From NCBI GenBank assembly GCA_965644495.1, contig CBFFSA010000006.1, forward strand, positions 620,001 through 684,000: DNA of 64,000 nucleotides, given 5' to 3'. The position numbers and the translations under genes are program-made. Source of the stretch: Perkinsela sp. CCAP 1560/9. Its lineage: Eukaryota; Protista; Euglenozoa: Kinetoplastea. The notes under the pieces were generated by a model. That model worked only from the letters and a program-made list of their open reading frames with translations, did not search any database and was not told the DNA's origin. Below, one piece after another: positions 44,879-57,275 of this stretch. Position 1 is the first letter of the stretch, and each line of letters begins with the position of its first letter.

Positions 44879-45524
44879 TACCAGAATTTAAGGTAATATA
44901 CCCCAATTCATGCCATATTGTTACAGTTTTGGACGTATGAAGTGCGCTAAAGAGGAAATAATGTCTGTTTTGAAGAGATCTCGGCAGGGGCTCCCGCGGA
45001 AAAATATTGCAAGCAACTGAAATATCGCATTGTGGAATCTTGTGTCGACCTAAAAAGTCAATTTTGACTGAAATTGTGGAACCTTCTGTCGGCCTAAAAA
45101 GTCAGTTTTGACGGAAACTTTTGTTGGAGAAGACGGAAAGGATGGGTCAGAAGAAGAGAATATTAGTAATATTCTAATATTATATTACTACAACTTCTAC
45201 AATCTATTAAGATTAGACGGTCAGCGCCAGTACTACCGGAAAGATGGCTGTTTCAGAGAAGACCACAAGGAGGTCCCGACCATTCTTTCTCATGCTGAGT
45301 GTGTCCGGCATCAGTGAAATTTACTTAGTAATTTACTTATCAAATTACTTAGTAATTTGATTATAAAAATAATCAAATCTTTCTTAAATACAGGTCTTAC
45401 TATCATACCAAAGTAGATACTATAATCTATCCAATTATCTTTATCTCACGAAGAAAATACCAAAAGGGATTGTATCCTTTTCCCCCTTTACATAATGCCC
45501 ATGCACTGTGCTAATTTCTTTTTT

Positions 45525-46432
45525 AGGCTCTTCGTTAAACGCGGTGGTTGCTTTCAACTTAGAAGTCACTCATGCTGCCCGCTTCGCGTTGAAAACTACC
45601 GCCGCGTTTAACGAAGAGCCTAAAAAAGAAAATTTAGCCTGGAAAACGGAAAGATTATAGCCAAAAATAGCCGAATTTCGGGTAGAAATGGGGTGATTTT
45701 CGCGTATTTTTGCTCTCAGAGCACTAAATCCGACATTTGCGCGTGGGAAATCACTCGCAGGCATGAATGAAAGCCTACCGAACTTCTATTGGGTAGAGAA
45801 TGCGACTCCAACCATACCATTCTTTCGACACAAAAATGCCCCTTTAGGTCCGAAAAATACTTTTTCACCTTTTTTAGTCAAAAATGGGTCATTTTGGGGG
45901 GCGCACCACAGTTCGAAGAAGTGATACCTTGCGAAAACAACTGCGTAGAAAGCTAGTGTAGGTCCCAAACTATCAAAATACAATAGGGGAAACGATTTTG
46001 GAAAAATATTTTTTTTGTCATTTTTTTCGCCAAGTTGAAATTTTTTTCAAAAAAAAATTTCCGAAAAAATCCGAACTTGGCGGACCCGTCCTGCGGATAC
46101 GCGGGGGGGTCACCCCCGGGTAGGGGGGTGGAAAATGCGCGCCAAGACCCCGGCTACCCTTTCTGCGGTTTTTTTTCGAAAACTAATTTTTTCGAAAAAA
46201 TTTGCTCGACCATGCCCCCCCCCCTGGACCCCCCCCCTGGACCCCTCCCATGGACCCCCCCCATGGACCCCCCATTTTTTTCAAAAATTTTTTTCAGTTT
46301 TGGACCACCGGAGCCCCCTTTTATATTTTTTTCTTCTATTATATTACTGTGTTCCTCTTTATATTTTCACTGTTTTTGTTCACTTTTTTTTCAATAATCG
46401 AGTGTAGAGCGGTAGTTTTACAACCGCCGCAA
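45525..46432 (+). repeat. Terminal-hairpin repeat family, copy C
   Basis: Hairpin at 45525-45621 (palindrome extends to ~45510-45638); 3' part nearly matches 32760-32948 and ends …aaccgccgcaa. Confidence 0.85.
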
Positions 46433-46499
46433 TGTTAAGAAGTTAATAATTCACCCGATTTTCACCATTTGCTACACACTCTTGCATCCCTCTTTAAAA

Positions 46500-47176
46500 G
46501 GAGTCAACTACTGTTTGAGCCAGCTCACGCGCTTTTGGACTCCTCAAAAATTCTTCAGATACTACCTGGATAATCTCGGATTGCGTATTCGGTCACTTTT
46601 TATTCTTCTCCTGTATTAAAAAAGACCAAAACTTTTCAGAGGGAGAAAGGTCAGGAGAGTCAGCCAGCCATTTTGGGAGAATAGTTCCATCGGAACTTTT
46701 GTAGGTGCGCAAACTTTGAGTACCTAATTCATCCCTCGTCCTCCACCACATCATTGTCTTCTTCGCCGTATGTGGCGGTGCTCCGCCATCCTGAAAAATC
46801 ATGTCAGGATGAGATGCATGGTAAGGAATCCACTGTTTCATCAAGATGTCCTTTCGGTAGTAGTAATTTCCTAATTTGCGACCACGAGGGGGATCTCACG
46901 ACTTTCACCGGGATACAAAGAACGTATGGCCTCGTGTGCGCAAAACTCTGTAAAGTTGTTACACCAATGCCGAGGGATTTTACCTTGAATGTCTATGCCC
47001 CCCCAGAGCATGACTTTAGTCGGATGATGTACCCGCGCATCAGTTATAAGGAGTTTCTTTAAAAAGAGTCCTCCTGTGAGTTGTTGCTCTTTCAACAAAG
47101 CCTGACGAAACAGCACACAATGTTCTTCTAGAAAGTTGTTCATCCTTGTATGCATAAGACAAATTGGATGCTGCAT
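46500..47176 (-). pseudogene. Second Tc1/mariner-like transposase remnant
   Basis: ITDA, KVMLWGGI, MIFQDGGAPPH, WLADSPDLSPSEKFWS; broken frames. Confidence 0.8.
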
Positions 47177-47306
47177 CTTGCAGCAAGATGGGGGGATTTA
47201 AGGTATTTTACTTTGCAGTTATTTTTTTATTTTTTTCAATCACCATGAACCTAGACAGGTATTTCAGCTTCAAATCACTAGAAGTTCAAGGTACAGTATA
47301 GCGGAA

Positions 47307-48449
47307 ATGTCCAAGCGAGCTTTGTTTGGTCTTGGATTTATTACTGGTGGTACATTCGCATCACTGGGAACACTAATGATATTTGAATGGCGCTTAGACA
47401 AGGAAAATAATACTCTACAGACTGATCCGAATGATCTAGTGTCCAAGGTCAACGAAAAAAACTACTTTGCTAATGACGTTTATGAGCATTTGGGATTACC
47501 TATCGAAGTGGATTCTTATCAAACGCGCTCGTACATCTCTGGATTCAGTCCTAGACTTCGAACTCCTGAGTGGGTTTTCGAATACTTTTGCTCCAATGAA
47601 ACGGCAGAGCGACTGTCCGAAGGGAAACGCAGTAATTCAAAATTTTTTGAGGAAAGAAGCATTCCTCTAAACTTCCGTTCTACCAATGCTGATTATGCAT
47701 GGGGATCGGAGCTGGGGTTGAGCCGCGGGCACCTAGCCGCAGCTCAGTTTCATAAAGAATCGCAGTCAGCAATTGACGACACTTTTAATCTCTCGTTTAA
47801 TATTGTTCCTCAACAAATGACTATGAACGGCTGTGACTGGTTTCGCCTGGAACAAATGGTGAAGCGTATGTCAAAGATCTATAATGAAACATGGGTAATC
47901 ACAGGACCTGCTTTTGTGCCAACTAAAGGAAAGCACCCTGGAGTGTGGGAAATGACATATTCGCTTGTAGGGGAAAGACGAGTCGCCGTTCCGACGCATC
48001 TTTACAAGATTATTCTGGGGAAATCTTCGGAAGGGGAATATCATATGGCATCATTTCTTATGCCCAACGAACCTTTACCCGTGGAATATCCTTTAACGCA
48101 TTATCAAGTCCCTCTTGAACAAATTGAATCTCACACAGGATTGCGCTTCTTTCCTAATTTGCGGAGGTCCTCTCCTCGCTTGCCTAACATGTGCAATCAC
48201 CAGACCTGTGAAGGTACATATGGAAGCTTCAGTGCGCGTTATCGTTTGCTTGCTCGTATGCAAACTGCTTCCTCTATAGAAACCTTAGAATCTCTTTGGA
48301 AACAAGCAATGGAAAAACGATACACCGATACGTACATGAAATCTCAATACAACATATTGAAAGAAAGATGGAAAGCTACGCATGTACTGCAAAGCAAGAC
48401 TCACGTGAAATTTGACAAGCTTTTAAATGAAAATAAAAAGCATGAATAA
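47307..48449 (+). CDS. ENDOG: Endonuclease G (DNA/RNA non-specific endonuclease)
   Basis: RTPEWVFE, SRGHLAAA (S for D as in trypanosomatid EndoG), NIVPQ, VITGP, VAVPTHLYKII, IESHTGLRFF. Confidence 0.95.
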   Translation: MSKRALFGLGFITGGTFASLGTLMIFEWRLDKENNTLQTDPNDLVSKVNEKNYFANDVYEHLGLPIEVDSYQTRSYISGFSPRLRTPEWVFEYFCSNETAERLSEGKRSNSKFFEERSIPLNFRSTNADYAWGSELGLSRGHLAAAQFHKESQSAIDDTFNLSFNIVPQQMTMNGCDWFRLEQMVKRMSKIYNETWVITGPAFVPTKGKHPGVWEMTYSLVGERRVAVPTHLYKIILGKSSEGEYHMASFLMPNEPLPVEYPLTHYQVPLEQIESHTGLRFFPNLRRSSPRLPNMCNHQTCEGTYGSFSARYRLLARMQTASSIETLESLWKQAMEKRYTDTYMKSQYNILKERWKATHVLQSKTHVKFDKLLNENKKHE

Positions 48450-48739
48450 AATTTTGACTAGAACTTCAAAACAAGTCTCCATTGGTTGATTTTTTCTGAG
48501 GGAAAGGCATACTAGTACCCCTGTTCAGACTCACTTACACCCCTACAGGTCGCATTTTCTGTACTATTTCGGAAGAATAACAGGATGTTTTTCGCCCCAA
48601 TCATTGCAATAATTTTTCGGGTCAAAGTGATCATAAATGTATCAAAAAATCGTTTTTCTTTTTTCAGAAACCATTCTACGTCCAAAAATGACTTCGTAGA
48701 GCGCTCTAGCTTCGTTTTTCTTATGTTTTTTGACTTAAG

Positions 48740-49067
48740 TCGATTAAAATCAGTATCTAATGTTCTGTCTGGTGGTATTTTTCCCACCTACCTTTTGGCC
48801 TTTTGGTACCTTTTGGCCACCTGCCTTGGGCCAAACTCCGGAATATTATTCCGGTTATTCAATAACCTTTCGCCATTGCGTTCCATTTCCAAATCTCATA
48901 CAGCATTGCCGTTTTGTGTTTGTTGGACTAACACGGCAGCGTCCACGAACGGTTCCAGCTCCGAATCGGTGGTTGCGTAGCCAATTTACTACGCTGTCCT
49001 CCGGAATGTCAGGAATTGAGGTTGCTACGAGCAAACAAGAAAAAGTAGGACAACCGGAACAGTCCAT
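48740..49067 (-). pseudogene. Decayed copy 2 of the Cys-motif ORF family
   Basis: DCSGCPTFSCLLVATSIPDIPEDSVVNWLRNHRFGAG … IPEFGP. Confidence 0.6.
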
Positions 49068-49234
49068 TCAATAAGTATTCCTCCGGCAAAATATGCTTGT
49101 AAATGATAGAAATGCATTAAAAACGAATTATTTTGAGAAAATACTTGAAAACACAAATACATTAAAAATATATATATTTCAACTTTTTTTCTGATTTTTT
49201 GATACATTTATGGTCATAATTATTTTTCTTTTTT

Positions 49235-49560
49235 AGTCTCCTCGTTAAACGCGGTGGTTGTTTTCAGCATATAAGTCACTCGTGCTGCGAGCTTCGCGTT
49301 GAAAACTACCTTCGCGTTTAGCGAAGCGACTAAAAAAGACAATCTGGTCGGGAAAGCCGAAGAAACCAGAAGGATTTAAGCTAAAAATAACTTAAAGTTT
49401 CGTGTTTTGCTCTTAGAGCACGAAGAGTTGCGGGAAATTACTTGTAGGCGTGAATAAAAGCCTATAGAACGTAACTGGTCCATACCGTTCTTCCGACGGA
49501 AACAGACCCCTTTGGGTCCGAAAATTGCTCTTTCGCATTTTTTAGCTAAAAATTGCACGC
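49235..49560 (+). repeat. Terminal-hairpin repeat family, copy D (partial)
   Basis: Hairpin at 49235-49331, then body homologous to 45620-45890. Confidence 0.8.
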
Positions 49561-49739
49561 AAATATCGGATTTGGTGCTCTGAAAAATTACCTTATTTTT
49601 AGTCGAGTATTTTTGGTTCAAATTAAGGGTCAACTGCAGTCAAAATGTACCCTAAAAAAATATTTTTTCAAAAATGCATATTTGCATCAGAGACGACTTC
49701 GTTTCTTGTTTTTAGGTTCTTACAAGGTGTAATTCGACA

Positions 49740-50020
49740 TAAATAAGACAATTTGCCGATGGTTTCCACCTCGTTAACAAGTTAGATAGGCCTTCTGAAG
49801 AGAAAGGCCGAGCTCCGGAATTTTAGGGCGGTACTTCGAACCGCCTTCGAGCATTTCGAAACGTTGTTTACTTCTAGGTTTCTCTCCGCAGCTAGGTTAT
49901 GGCGCATCGGCTCCGAAAGAGTGGTTCGTTAGACAGACGGCAAGGTTCTCCGACTCTATTTGCAAAATTGACATCACTATCGTCAAACATGCAAAAGTAC
50001 TGCACCCTGAGATGTCGATA
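49740..50020 (-). pseudogene. Decayed copy 3 of the Cys-motif ORF family
   Basis: DISGCSTFACLTIVMSILQIESENLAVCLTNHSFGADAP*PSCGEKPRSKQRFEMLEGGSKYRPKIPELG. Confidence 0.6.
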
Positions 50021-50555
50021 ATAACAAACGTAAATGCATAAGACGTAAACAAAACCAAAAGTGCGTGTAAATGACTCAAAGCTATCAACAAAATCCTTTT
50101 TTGTTTAAATTTTCTTGTCAAAAAAAATTGGAAAAAAAATGAATTTTTTGCTAAAATTTGAAATTTAGGGTACAGTTTGACTGCATATTACTCCAAATTA
50201 ATTAGCAAAGGTGTATACTACGATGATATGATTTTTTTCCTGAATCACCCTACTCAACCAGGTTTCCATTGCACTGATTTGCGTCCCGTTGATGGACTGC
50301 TCTTTAGTCTTAATATCTATGGAATCCCAAATAACATAGGAAGATACTTCGTGTATTTACACACGTTGCAGCTACATGACCACAAAAGAAACAAGTTGAC
50401 TATTTTGGCCCAAACCCGATTCTCTTACCGGGGGGGTCTATGGTATTGCAAGTTGAATTTGCAATTATGCACTCCTTCAGTGTTTTTTTCATCAATCTGT
50501 AGCGTTTTTTTGAATTACATGTAAGATCATTGTTGTCTTTTTTGGCGTTTACGAA

Positions 50556-51068
50556 ATGAACACAGATGTATCTCCCCTATTTTCCCTTAAAGACGCTCAT
50601 CGCGCGCTAAATGTTTATCGTGAAAAACAAGAGCGTTCTTTTATATGGCTTGAAACGCATTTAAAAAATATTCGCAATATTCTTGTAGGAATATATCTAA
50701 TAAAGTGCAGTCTAGGAAAAACCAGTTCTAGAAGCTCGAGTCGACTCGGTATTACTAATACTGGGTCTCCAGGAAAAGCACCATGCTTTGACGTGGAAAA
50801 CATATTGTTTTCTCTTATGCAACCTCATATTACCAGTATGCTTCAGTCATCAAAGCCATCCTTTTTTGCAGCGGTAACCTATCTAAGCAATTTGCTTTGT
50901 TCGAATAGTGGATCTTTGAAGGATGAGCCCCACCTGACCGAAAACATGCTAACTCAGTCGTTCAAGGATACAGTTGTCACGGCACTACGTCACTCACTAC
51001 GTGACCCTCTTTACAAAACCTACTGGGGAGAGGTAAAATCTCTTCTTTATACTCTTCAATCACTCTGA
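50556..51068 (+). CDS. Hypothetical protein, 170 aa
   Basis: ATG ORF on the cluster strand after a pyrimidine-rich tract. Confidence 0.5.
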   Translation: MNTDVSPLFSLKDAHRALNVYREKQERSFIWLETHLKNIRNILVGIYLIKCSLGKTSSRSSSRLGITNTGSPGKAPCFDVENILFSLMQPHITSMLQSSKPSFFAAVTYLSNLLCSNSGSLKDEPHLTENMLTQSFKDTVVTALRHSLRDPLYKTYWGEVKSLLYTLQSL

Positions 51069-51115
51069 AAAGTTTGAGCTGTTCTCAATCGCACTCGAAA
51101 TTCCACTAAAATATA

Positions 51116-51153
51116 CAGGGGTGTCAACTTCCATCTGGGACTTGACACCCCTG
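51116..51153. repeat. 38-bp palindrome with Tc1-like CAGGGGTG termini
   Basis: TA|CAGGGGTGTCAACTTCCA-TC-TGGGACTTGACACCCCTG. Confidence 0.6.
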
Positions 51154-51505
51154 CATATATTTTTCATTAAAATTATTTATATTTTTCTTGCAAAAAAGCA
51201 TTTCGACAAAACATAAACTTTTTTTATAAGTTTTTCATGTTTGATACTTCTTGCCCTAAAATTGTTTGCCGCAGCTTTGTATTTCAGAAACATCTAGGCT
51301 TCCTTATGGCCATCTAACATACCCCTCCTGGAATTTTGAAGAACATTTGAACAATCTCGTTTCCGTTTACTTTTGCTTAATAAATACACTGTATGCACTG
51401 CATAAACTACACTGTATTTGGGGATATGGTGGTAGTTACGTTCACAGCAATATCGTATCTTATAGTTCTATAGCTTTTAATTTCGTTCAATCTAACTTTC
51501 AAAAA

Positions 51506-52201
51506 ATGAAAGTTGTCCTACGCCGTCGGCTTACTGAGCTAGTTGAGGTTCCTGTGGAGCCTGTTCGCACGAATCCAGTAATGTATTTTGATGTAACTAT
51601 TGACAAGGAAAACTGTGGTCGCATAGTAATGGAATTGTTTCGTGATGCAGTTCCTCAGACAGTAGAAAATTTTAGGTCCTTGTGCACTGGAGAGCGTGGT
51701 TTGCTCAAATACGTTTGGCGAATGGGAACTGGGACATGCCCTCTGCACTACAAGGGAATTCAATTCCACCGCATCATTCCTAATTTTGTTGTACAGGGGG
51801 GTGACATTTTACGTCAAAATGGTAGAGGAAATGAAAGCATCTTTGGCTACAAGTTTCCGAATGAATCTTTTGAGGGGAAAGCAGGAAAAAATCTTGCTGG
51901 AACTCTGGCTATGGCCCATAGTGGGCCGAATCAACATGGGTCTCAATTCTTTTTCAACCTTAAAACGAATACTTACTTGAATGGAAGATACGTAGTGTTC
52001 GGTCAGGTTTTGAAGGGCATTGAAGTATTGCACGAATTAAATCAATTAGGAACATTATGTGGTGTACCGCGCCAAAGAGCCTGGATTTCTGAATGTGGTC
52101 AAGCAGGTCCTGTTGAGGTCCCATCCCAAGATTTTGATCGTCAGAATTGGCATTCGAGTCCTCCTCCACACTACACTTCAAACGTAGGGCCAAGACCATA
52201 A
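51506..52201 (+). CDS. Cyclophilin-type peptidyl-prolyl isomerase
   Basis: NPVMYFDV, VPQTVENFRSLCTGE, FHRIIPNFVVQGGD, MAHSGPNQHGSQFF, VVFGQV. Confidence 0.96.
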   Translation: MKVVLRRRLTELVEVPVEPVRTNPVMYFDVTIDKENCGRIVMELFRDAVPQTVENFRSLCTGERGLLKYVWRMGTGTCPLHYKGIQFHRIIPNFVVQGGDILRQNGRGNESIFGYKFPNESFEGKAGKNLAGTLAMAHSGPNQHGSQFFFNLKTNTYLNGRYVVFGQVLKGIEVLHELNQLGTLCGVPRQRAWISECGQAGPVEVPSQDFDRQNWHSSPPPHYTSNVGPRP

Positions 52202-53687
52202 GAACGATTTTCTGTGCATTGAATTTCATATGATCTCCATAATTTGTACGAATGCTTAACATACATCAATATATATCTATTAAGAAGCTTTGGTCTTGGG
52301 AAATGCTTGAAGTTTCAATCATACGTACAGGGGGTGGCACGAAAATATAGGGGGGTCAAAATTTTTATAACTTGTCCAATTATGGAAAGTAGCATCGCAT
52401 TCGAGAGCTCTCGCAGAGTTACGTGTCACCTGATAATGCGTTTCCCGTATCCAGGGGGTAGTTCTCTATGCCAAAGGGGCTGAAAACAGCAATAGCAAGT
52501 TTGAAAAATATCTCATTTAATATCCACAATGTCCTCCATTTTTTGGTAATGTAATCGTAATACGGCTTGGAATTGTCCTCAAAGTGTCTAAAAGTGTCTG
52601 TTCTCCTTTCAACAATTCAATCCCAGATGCGATCGCCGATCACAACTCTGACCGATTTGCGGGGCATAATGAACTTTTGTAGGCATCAATTATCCCACAA
52701 ATGTTTTCTCCATACTTCCTTAATAAAAGCGGTGGGTGACTTTAAGCTATCCTCGAGGACTGTAACAATGCCGATCACGATGATGTACACCCTTGTTATT
52801 GGAATCATCCCGTTTCTGTGGGGTAACGAGGCGGAAAGGTAAAAAAATAGAAGGAAAATACCTAAAATATCGAAAATATCGATGAAACTGAAGAACCTTG
52901 CAAGTTCCAAACCTATTATTCGAGGTGAACCTTTGTCGCTAGTTTCTATTACCTTCCTCCTGGAATCCCGTGAGTCTTCCACAGTGCGAATGGATTTCTT
53001 AGGTCTGACGTCGCTAGTTTGCGCTTGTTTTCTGTTTGAGAGTGCGGACACCGCCGTTGTGGAAGGGCCTTTCCTACCTGGAAGGGTTGCTTACGCCGGT
53101 GGAACTGAACCAATATTCGCATTTTTCTCAGTTCTGGTAAAAAACGTTTACCTGAACTTTTTTCCGCCCCTTTTTTATGATGAATTGTGTTTCTGTACAT
53201 TAATTTTATATTAACGGTGTGTTTTTTGAATTCGTTTGTACTTATTTATCAACCTTTTCACCTTTTAATGACGCGCACTGGATGCGTTAAGGTTCTCGTG
53301 TCGTTCAAGAAGTTTCATTGGAAAAAAGTCCTCCAGGAGTGAGAATCAATGTCTTAAATGGATGCGAAAGCACTCTCCAGTGGCGCAGAAAGTGATTTGG
53401 TACAAGCATCATCGAGAGAATAGAAGAACCGCAAATTATCTGTATCTGACTCTGTTCCGAATAGAACGTTCCAGAATCCTTTTCTCCAAACTTTGCTTCA
53501 GGAAGTCGCATAAAAATGCATTCTATCTGACACCCGTCACGATCCATCACGACTCACGGAAATTCATTCAAATTTCCGCGGGGGGGTATATCATCGTGTG
53601 TAATGCTTGCGGAACAGTGTTTAACTACGATTTAGTCATTACATGATATTGATAGATATTAGACGCGTGTAATATTGCTTTTTTTAC

Positions 53688-55976
53688 ATGGGGTTTCCGG
53701 GGCTATGGTCATGGTTTGAACGCACTTTTAGTTGTTCAAGGTCGCTGCCTCGGCAGGTTGACGATCTTTATATTGAAGTGAACCACCTTTTGCACCGTGC
53801 CTTGGAGAGTTCCGAAACCGAAGATCTGTTCTACAGTATTGTACTGGAACGTATCGATCACATTGTAAACACGGTTATGCCAAGTCGTATGGTGTACCTT
53901 ACTGTAGATGGAGTTGCCCCGTTTGCAAAGATGAAAACGCAACGCGCGAGGCGATTTCGGCGGGGACCAACCCCGCATCTTGATGCAAATTCTATCACCC
54001 CAGGAACGCGTTTGATGGAGGGCTTACTAAAAACTCTGCGGTGGTACGCTGTTTCAAAATTAAATGGAACCCGGTTTGGTCAGACAGTTTGTATAGTAGT
54101 GGATGGTCCTGACGTACCTGGCGAGGGCGAAGCAAAGGTTTGTAGGGTTATTGAACATCAACCAGAGGTGCAAGGTCGACAAATTACATCTTTAATAGTA
54201 TCTCCCGATGCCGATTTAATTCTTTATGCACTTCTCTCAAAGCACAACGAGATTTACATTTGTAAGGATATTCAAAAAAATAACTGTCTCTCTACTGGCG
54301 TGCTCCGTGAACGTATCGTATTACGCGCAACTCAGGGTATCGAGAAGAGCGACGCTTCATTTCATAGGGAGCGTATAGTTTGCGACATAGCAGTTTTGTT
54401 TTCCTTGGTTCAAAATGATTTTCTTCCTACTCTTGACGGTATTGATTCCCGAAAATCACAAACTTTGACCGAATTATTCACCATGTACATAGAAGGCTTT
54501 ATCGGGCATTGGGTCGACCCTCAGGAAAACATCCTACATATTGAGCGCATGTTGCCTTTCTTTCAGTATTGCGCCAGAAATGCGACTGCTGTACTGCCTT
54601 TAAAGCGACTTGCAGAAAGTGAAGACTCCGAGGACTTTATTTCTCTTGTTAATCCAGCACCGAAACTTTCCACAAAATTTCACATACGCTCTCATGCAAC
54701 TGAGGCAACCGTACTTGAGTATTTACGAGGGTGCACTTGGGTTGTTGGGCTTATCTTACATCGCACCCCGCCGAGTTGGACGTGGACATATTCTTATGAA
54801 AGCGCTCCTCCAGCAGCACAACTTGCGGATACTAGTTTACTTAAACGTTTGGCATTGACCGTGTCATATCAAGGATTTTCACCTTCAGAGCCTCCAAGTC
54901 CTTTTCTACAGCTCCTCCTGGTGCTTCCTCGACATTCTCTTACTTGCTTACCTGATACGTATAGGAAGCTAGTATCTGATTCTCCTACTTGGATAGCTCA
55001 GTGCGAAAGACCAGAATGGGGAAACCCAAAACCACTTCAAGAACTTGCCTCAAGTATGCAACAGAATTTGTCACTGAATGAGCGAACATTTAGTCAGGAA
55101 GGAATTGCCGTGCTTTTTTCTTCTGATGAAAACAGTTTTTCTCAAGAAATAAGAGAAATTTCATCCTTAAGAGGGTCCAGTTCGAAAGATGACAGAAAAT
55201 ATAATGCTTCATCAAACTTTTCAACCGTCGAAGAATTTATAAAAATTAAATCTACGATGCATGTGCTCCGTGAAGAAATTTGTTGTTTTGAAGACGCGAA
55301 GAGAATGAAACCGACTGAGCTTCCTGGTTTAGATGACCTATCGAAGGAGGACGTTTCTCTCCTTCGAAGCGGAGCAAGGAAAAACGTCCTACATGACCAA
55401 GCTAAAACTCCAAGGTCACGTCTATATTTTTCACGTGCAAATCCAAAAGCAATGGTAAACTATCGTATTGTATTAACCGATGTAGACCAGGTACCATCAT
55501 TGGGGGAAACTTCGTTGAATAACACCAGACCTGAAGTGCAAAAGGTGAAGAATCAGACAGCTACTTTTCCCATCGTGCCAATCGATCAGGCTATGAGACA
55601 CTGGGTGCTTTTCGAAGGTCCTCCCAGAGGGCTTATTTGCCCTTCATTTATTGAATACTTGCCTTGGCATGGACGAGCTAAGTGCGAAGACTTTGTTCTT
55701 CCTTCCTTTGTACATCCTGTGATAGAGGTTTGTCGTGTCGTTCACGTGGGGCTGCAGATGCCAAAAGAGGCACCTATCCTGAACTCGAGCGTACCCCGTA
55801 CTTCGAAAGATGAAACCGAAACTTTGGACCGCAGCACACTCGGAAATCCACGTACCGCGCCATACCATTTAAACGATTCTTTTTTGCTAGTGCCGCCTGA
55901 GGCAAGCGATAAAGTGAAACATCAAGCTACAGACTTGCTTCGTCGATTACAAGGTCGTAAGAAGGTCGAATCTTAA
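53688..55976 (+). CDS. XRN-family 5'-3' exoribonuclease
   Basis: MGFPG, DGVAPFAKMKTQRARRF, NSITPGT, PGEGEAK, DADL, NDFLP, WTWTY…APP, PFLQLLLVLP. Confidence 0.93.
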   Translation: MGFPGLWSWFERTFSCSRSLPRQVDDLYIEVNHLLHRALESSETEDLFYSIVLERIDHIVNTVMPSRMVYLTVDGVAPFAKMKTQRARRFRRGPTPHLDANSITPGTRLMEGLLKTLRWYAVSKLNGTRFGQTVCIVVDGPDVPGEGEAKVCRVIEHQPEVQGRQITSLIVSPDADLILYALLSKHNEIYICKDIQKNNCLSTGVLRERIVLRATQGIEKSDASFHRERIVCDIAVLFSLVQNDFLPTLDGIDSRKSQTLTELFTMYIEGFIGHWVDPQENILHIERMLPFFQYCARNATAVLPLKRLAESEDSEDFISLVNPAPKLSTKFHIRSHATEATVLEYLRGCTWVVGLILHRTPPSWTWTYSYESAPPAAQLADTSLLKRLALTVSYQGFSPSEPPSPFLQLLLVLPRHSLTCLPDTYRKLVSDSPTWIAQCERPEWGNPKPLQELASSMQQNLSLNERTFSQEGIAVLFSSDENSFSQEIREISSLRGSSSKDDRKYNASSNFSTVEEFIKIKSTMHVLREEICCFEDAKRMKPTELPGLDDLSKEDVSLLRSGARKNVLHDQAKTPRSRLYFSRANPKAMVNYRIVLTDVDQVPSLGETSLNNTRPEVQKVKNQTATFPIVPIDQAMRHWVLFEGPPRGLICPSFIEYLPWHGRAKCEDFVLPSFVHPVIEVCRVVHVGLQMPKEAPILNSSVPRTSKDETETLDRSTLGNPRTAPYHLNDSFLLVPPEASDKVKHQATDLLRRLQGRKKVES

Positions 55977-56331
55977 GGTTTGCTTTTGCTTAGGTGTTTT
56001 GCTGGGGTGGCATGGAAATCGAGCAGTCAAAATCGGGTTCCAAGACGACGACGCATCGTACTAAGAATCTCACTACCCGCCGGAAAGATACAATGTAGGT
56101 ACAAATCATTTTACAGGGCCAGTTTGGTTTGTACGAATATGGCTTCTCGCACAAATTTTTGAGACGTTCTATTATTTTCTTCTTATTATTATTCTTATTA
56201 TTTCTTATTATTTCTTATTATTTTCTTCTCATGCATTAGCATTATTTTGTATATTTAACAAGTTCAAATTAGCAATCTCCATTATATTCTATATTATTTA
56301 TATTTGTTTTTTTCTTACCAAAGTAGACCAG

Positions 56332-56805
56332 ATGATTCGTCGCATATCCTGCTCGGGAGTGTTTTCTTCTGTTCATTTCACTCGCTCTTTACACTGGCCG
56401 CTCTCACCACCCCCTATACAAGTGAAATATCTGGACGAAGATCCCTTGGAATTTGCTCTTCGGCAGGAAGCACGTCATTACGGTTTAGATGACTTTGATT
56501 TTAGTCGGGAGCTTGCATTCGTTCGCATCAATGACAACCCAACCGTTGGGGAGTTTCGTTATATGACCTCTGAAGGGAGAGCCAACATGTTTTACGGTAG
56601 CAATCGTCAAGATTTCTATCGCTATTTTACGTGGAAAGTATTAGGGGATCCCGAACATCTCTATCACTTTCGAACATATAACTCCGACCGCAACGGCCCT
56701 GTCTTTGTAAAGCCTTCGACAAAGAGACAGAATTTGTTCGTTCAGATCATCGATAAAGTCAAACAATGGGGTGGCATAAAGGCTAAAACGAATACCACTG
56801 CATAG
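56332..56805 (+). CDS. Small probable mitochondrial protein
   Basis: MIRR-type presequence followed by an ordered 130-aa domain; family not recognised with certainty. Confidence 0.75.
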   Translation: MIRRISCSGVFSSVHFTRSLHWPLSPPPIQVKYLDEDPLEFALRQEARHYGLDDFDFSRELAFVRINDNPTVGEFRYMTSEGRANMFYGSNRQDFYRYFTWKVLGDPEHLYHFRTYNSDRNGPVFVKPSTKRQNLFVQIIDKVKQWGGIKAKTNTTA

Positions 56806-57275
56806 CGCAAGAAACGTATGAAACGAACAATTTTCGTACAACTTTATTTTTTTAGTTTTCTTAAATGTTTTTATAATCGCATTCAATGTCGCTTTGTCCC
56901 AAATCGGGACAAAGTTGGGACATGCATTCTATGTGAATAGGCGCAGTTTATACATTGCAGGTATTACAGTTTATACATTGTAGGTACATGCGTGTCGTCC
57001 CATTTTTAAATACTGAATTTCCTTTGATTATTACCGACAGTTTCCAATTTTGGTTACCTTTATTTAAGATGATCCCCTTCACGTTGTCTTCTCAAGTATT
57101 TTGTAATCATGTACACGTTTTTTAAGTGACATGGCTTCCATTTATTTTTGCTATCCAGATCTTATCCGGAAAGATTACGCGGCATTGCGCATGTCACATG
57201 TATTTTTTAGACGCGATTACAAAAACTTTATTTTATTTTCCTGTTAAGCTATTCCTCCTACTCTTTTAGACCCCC

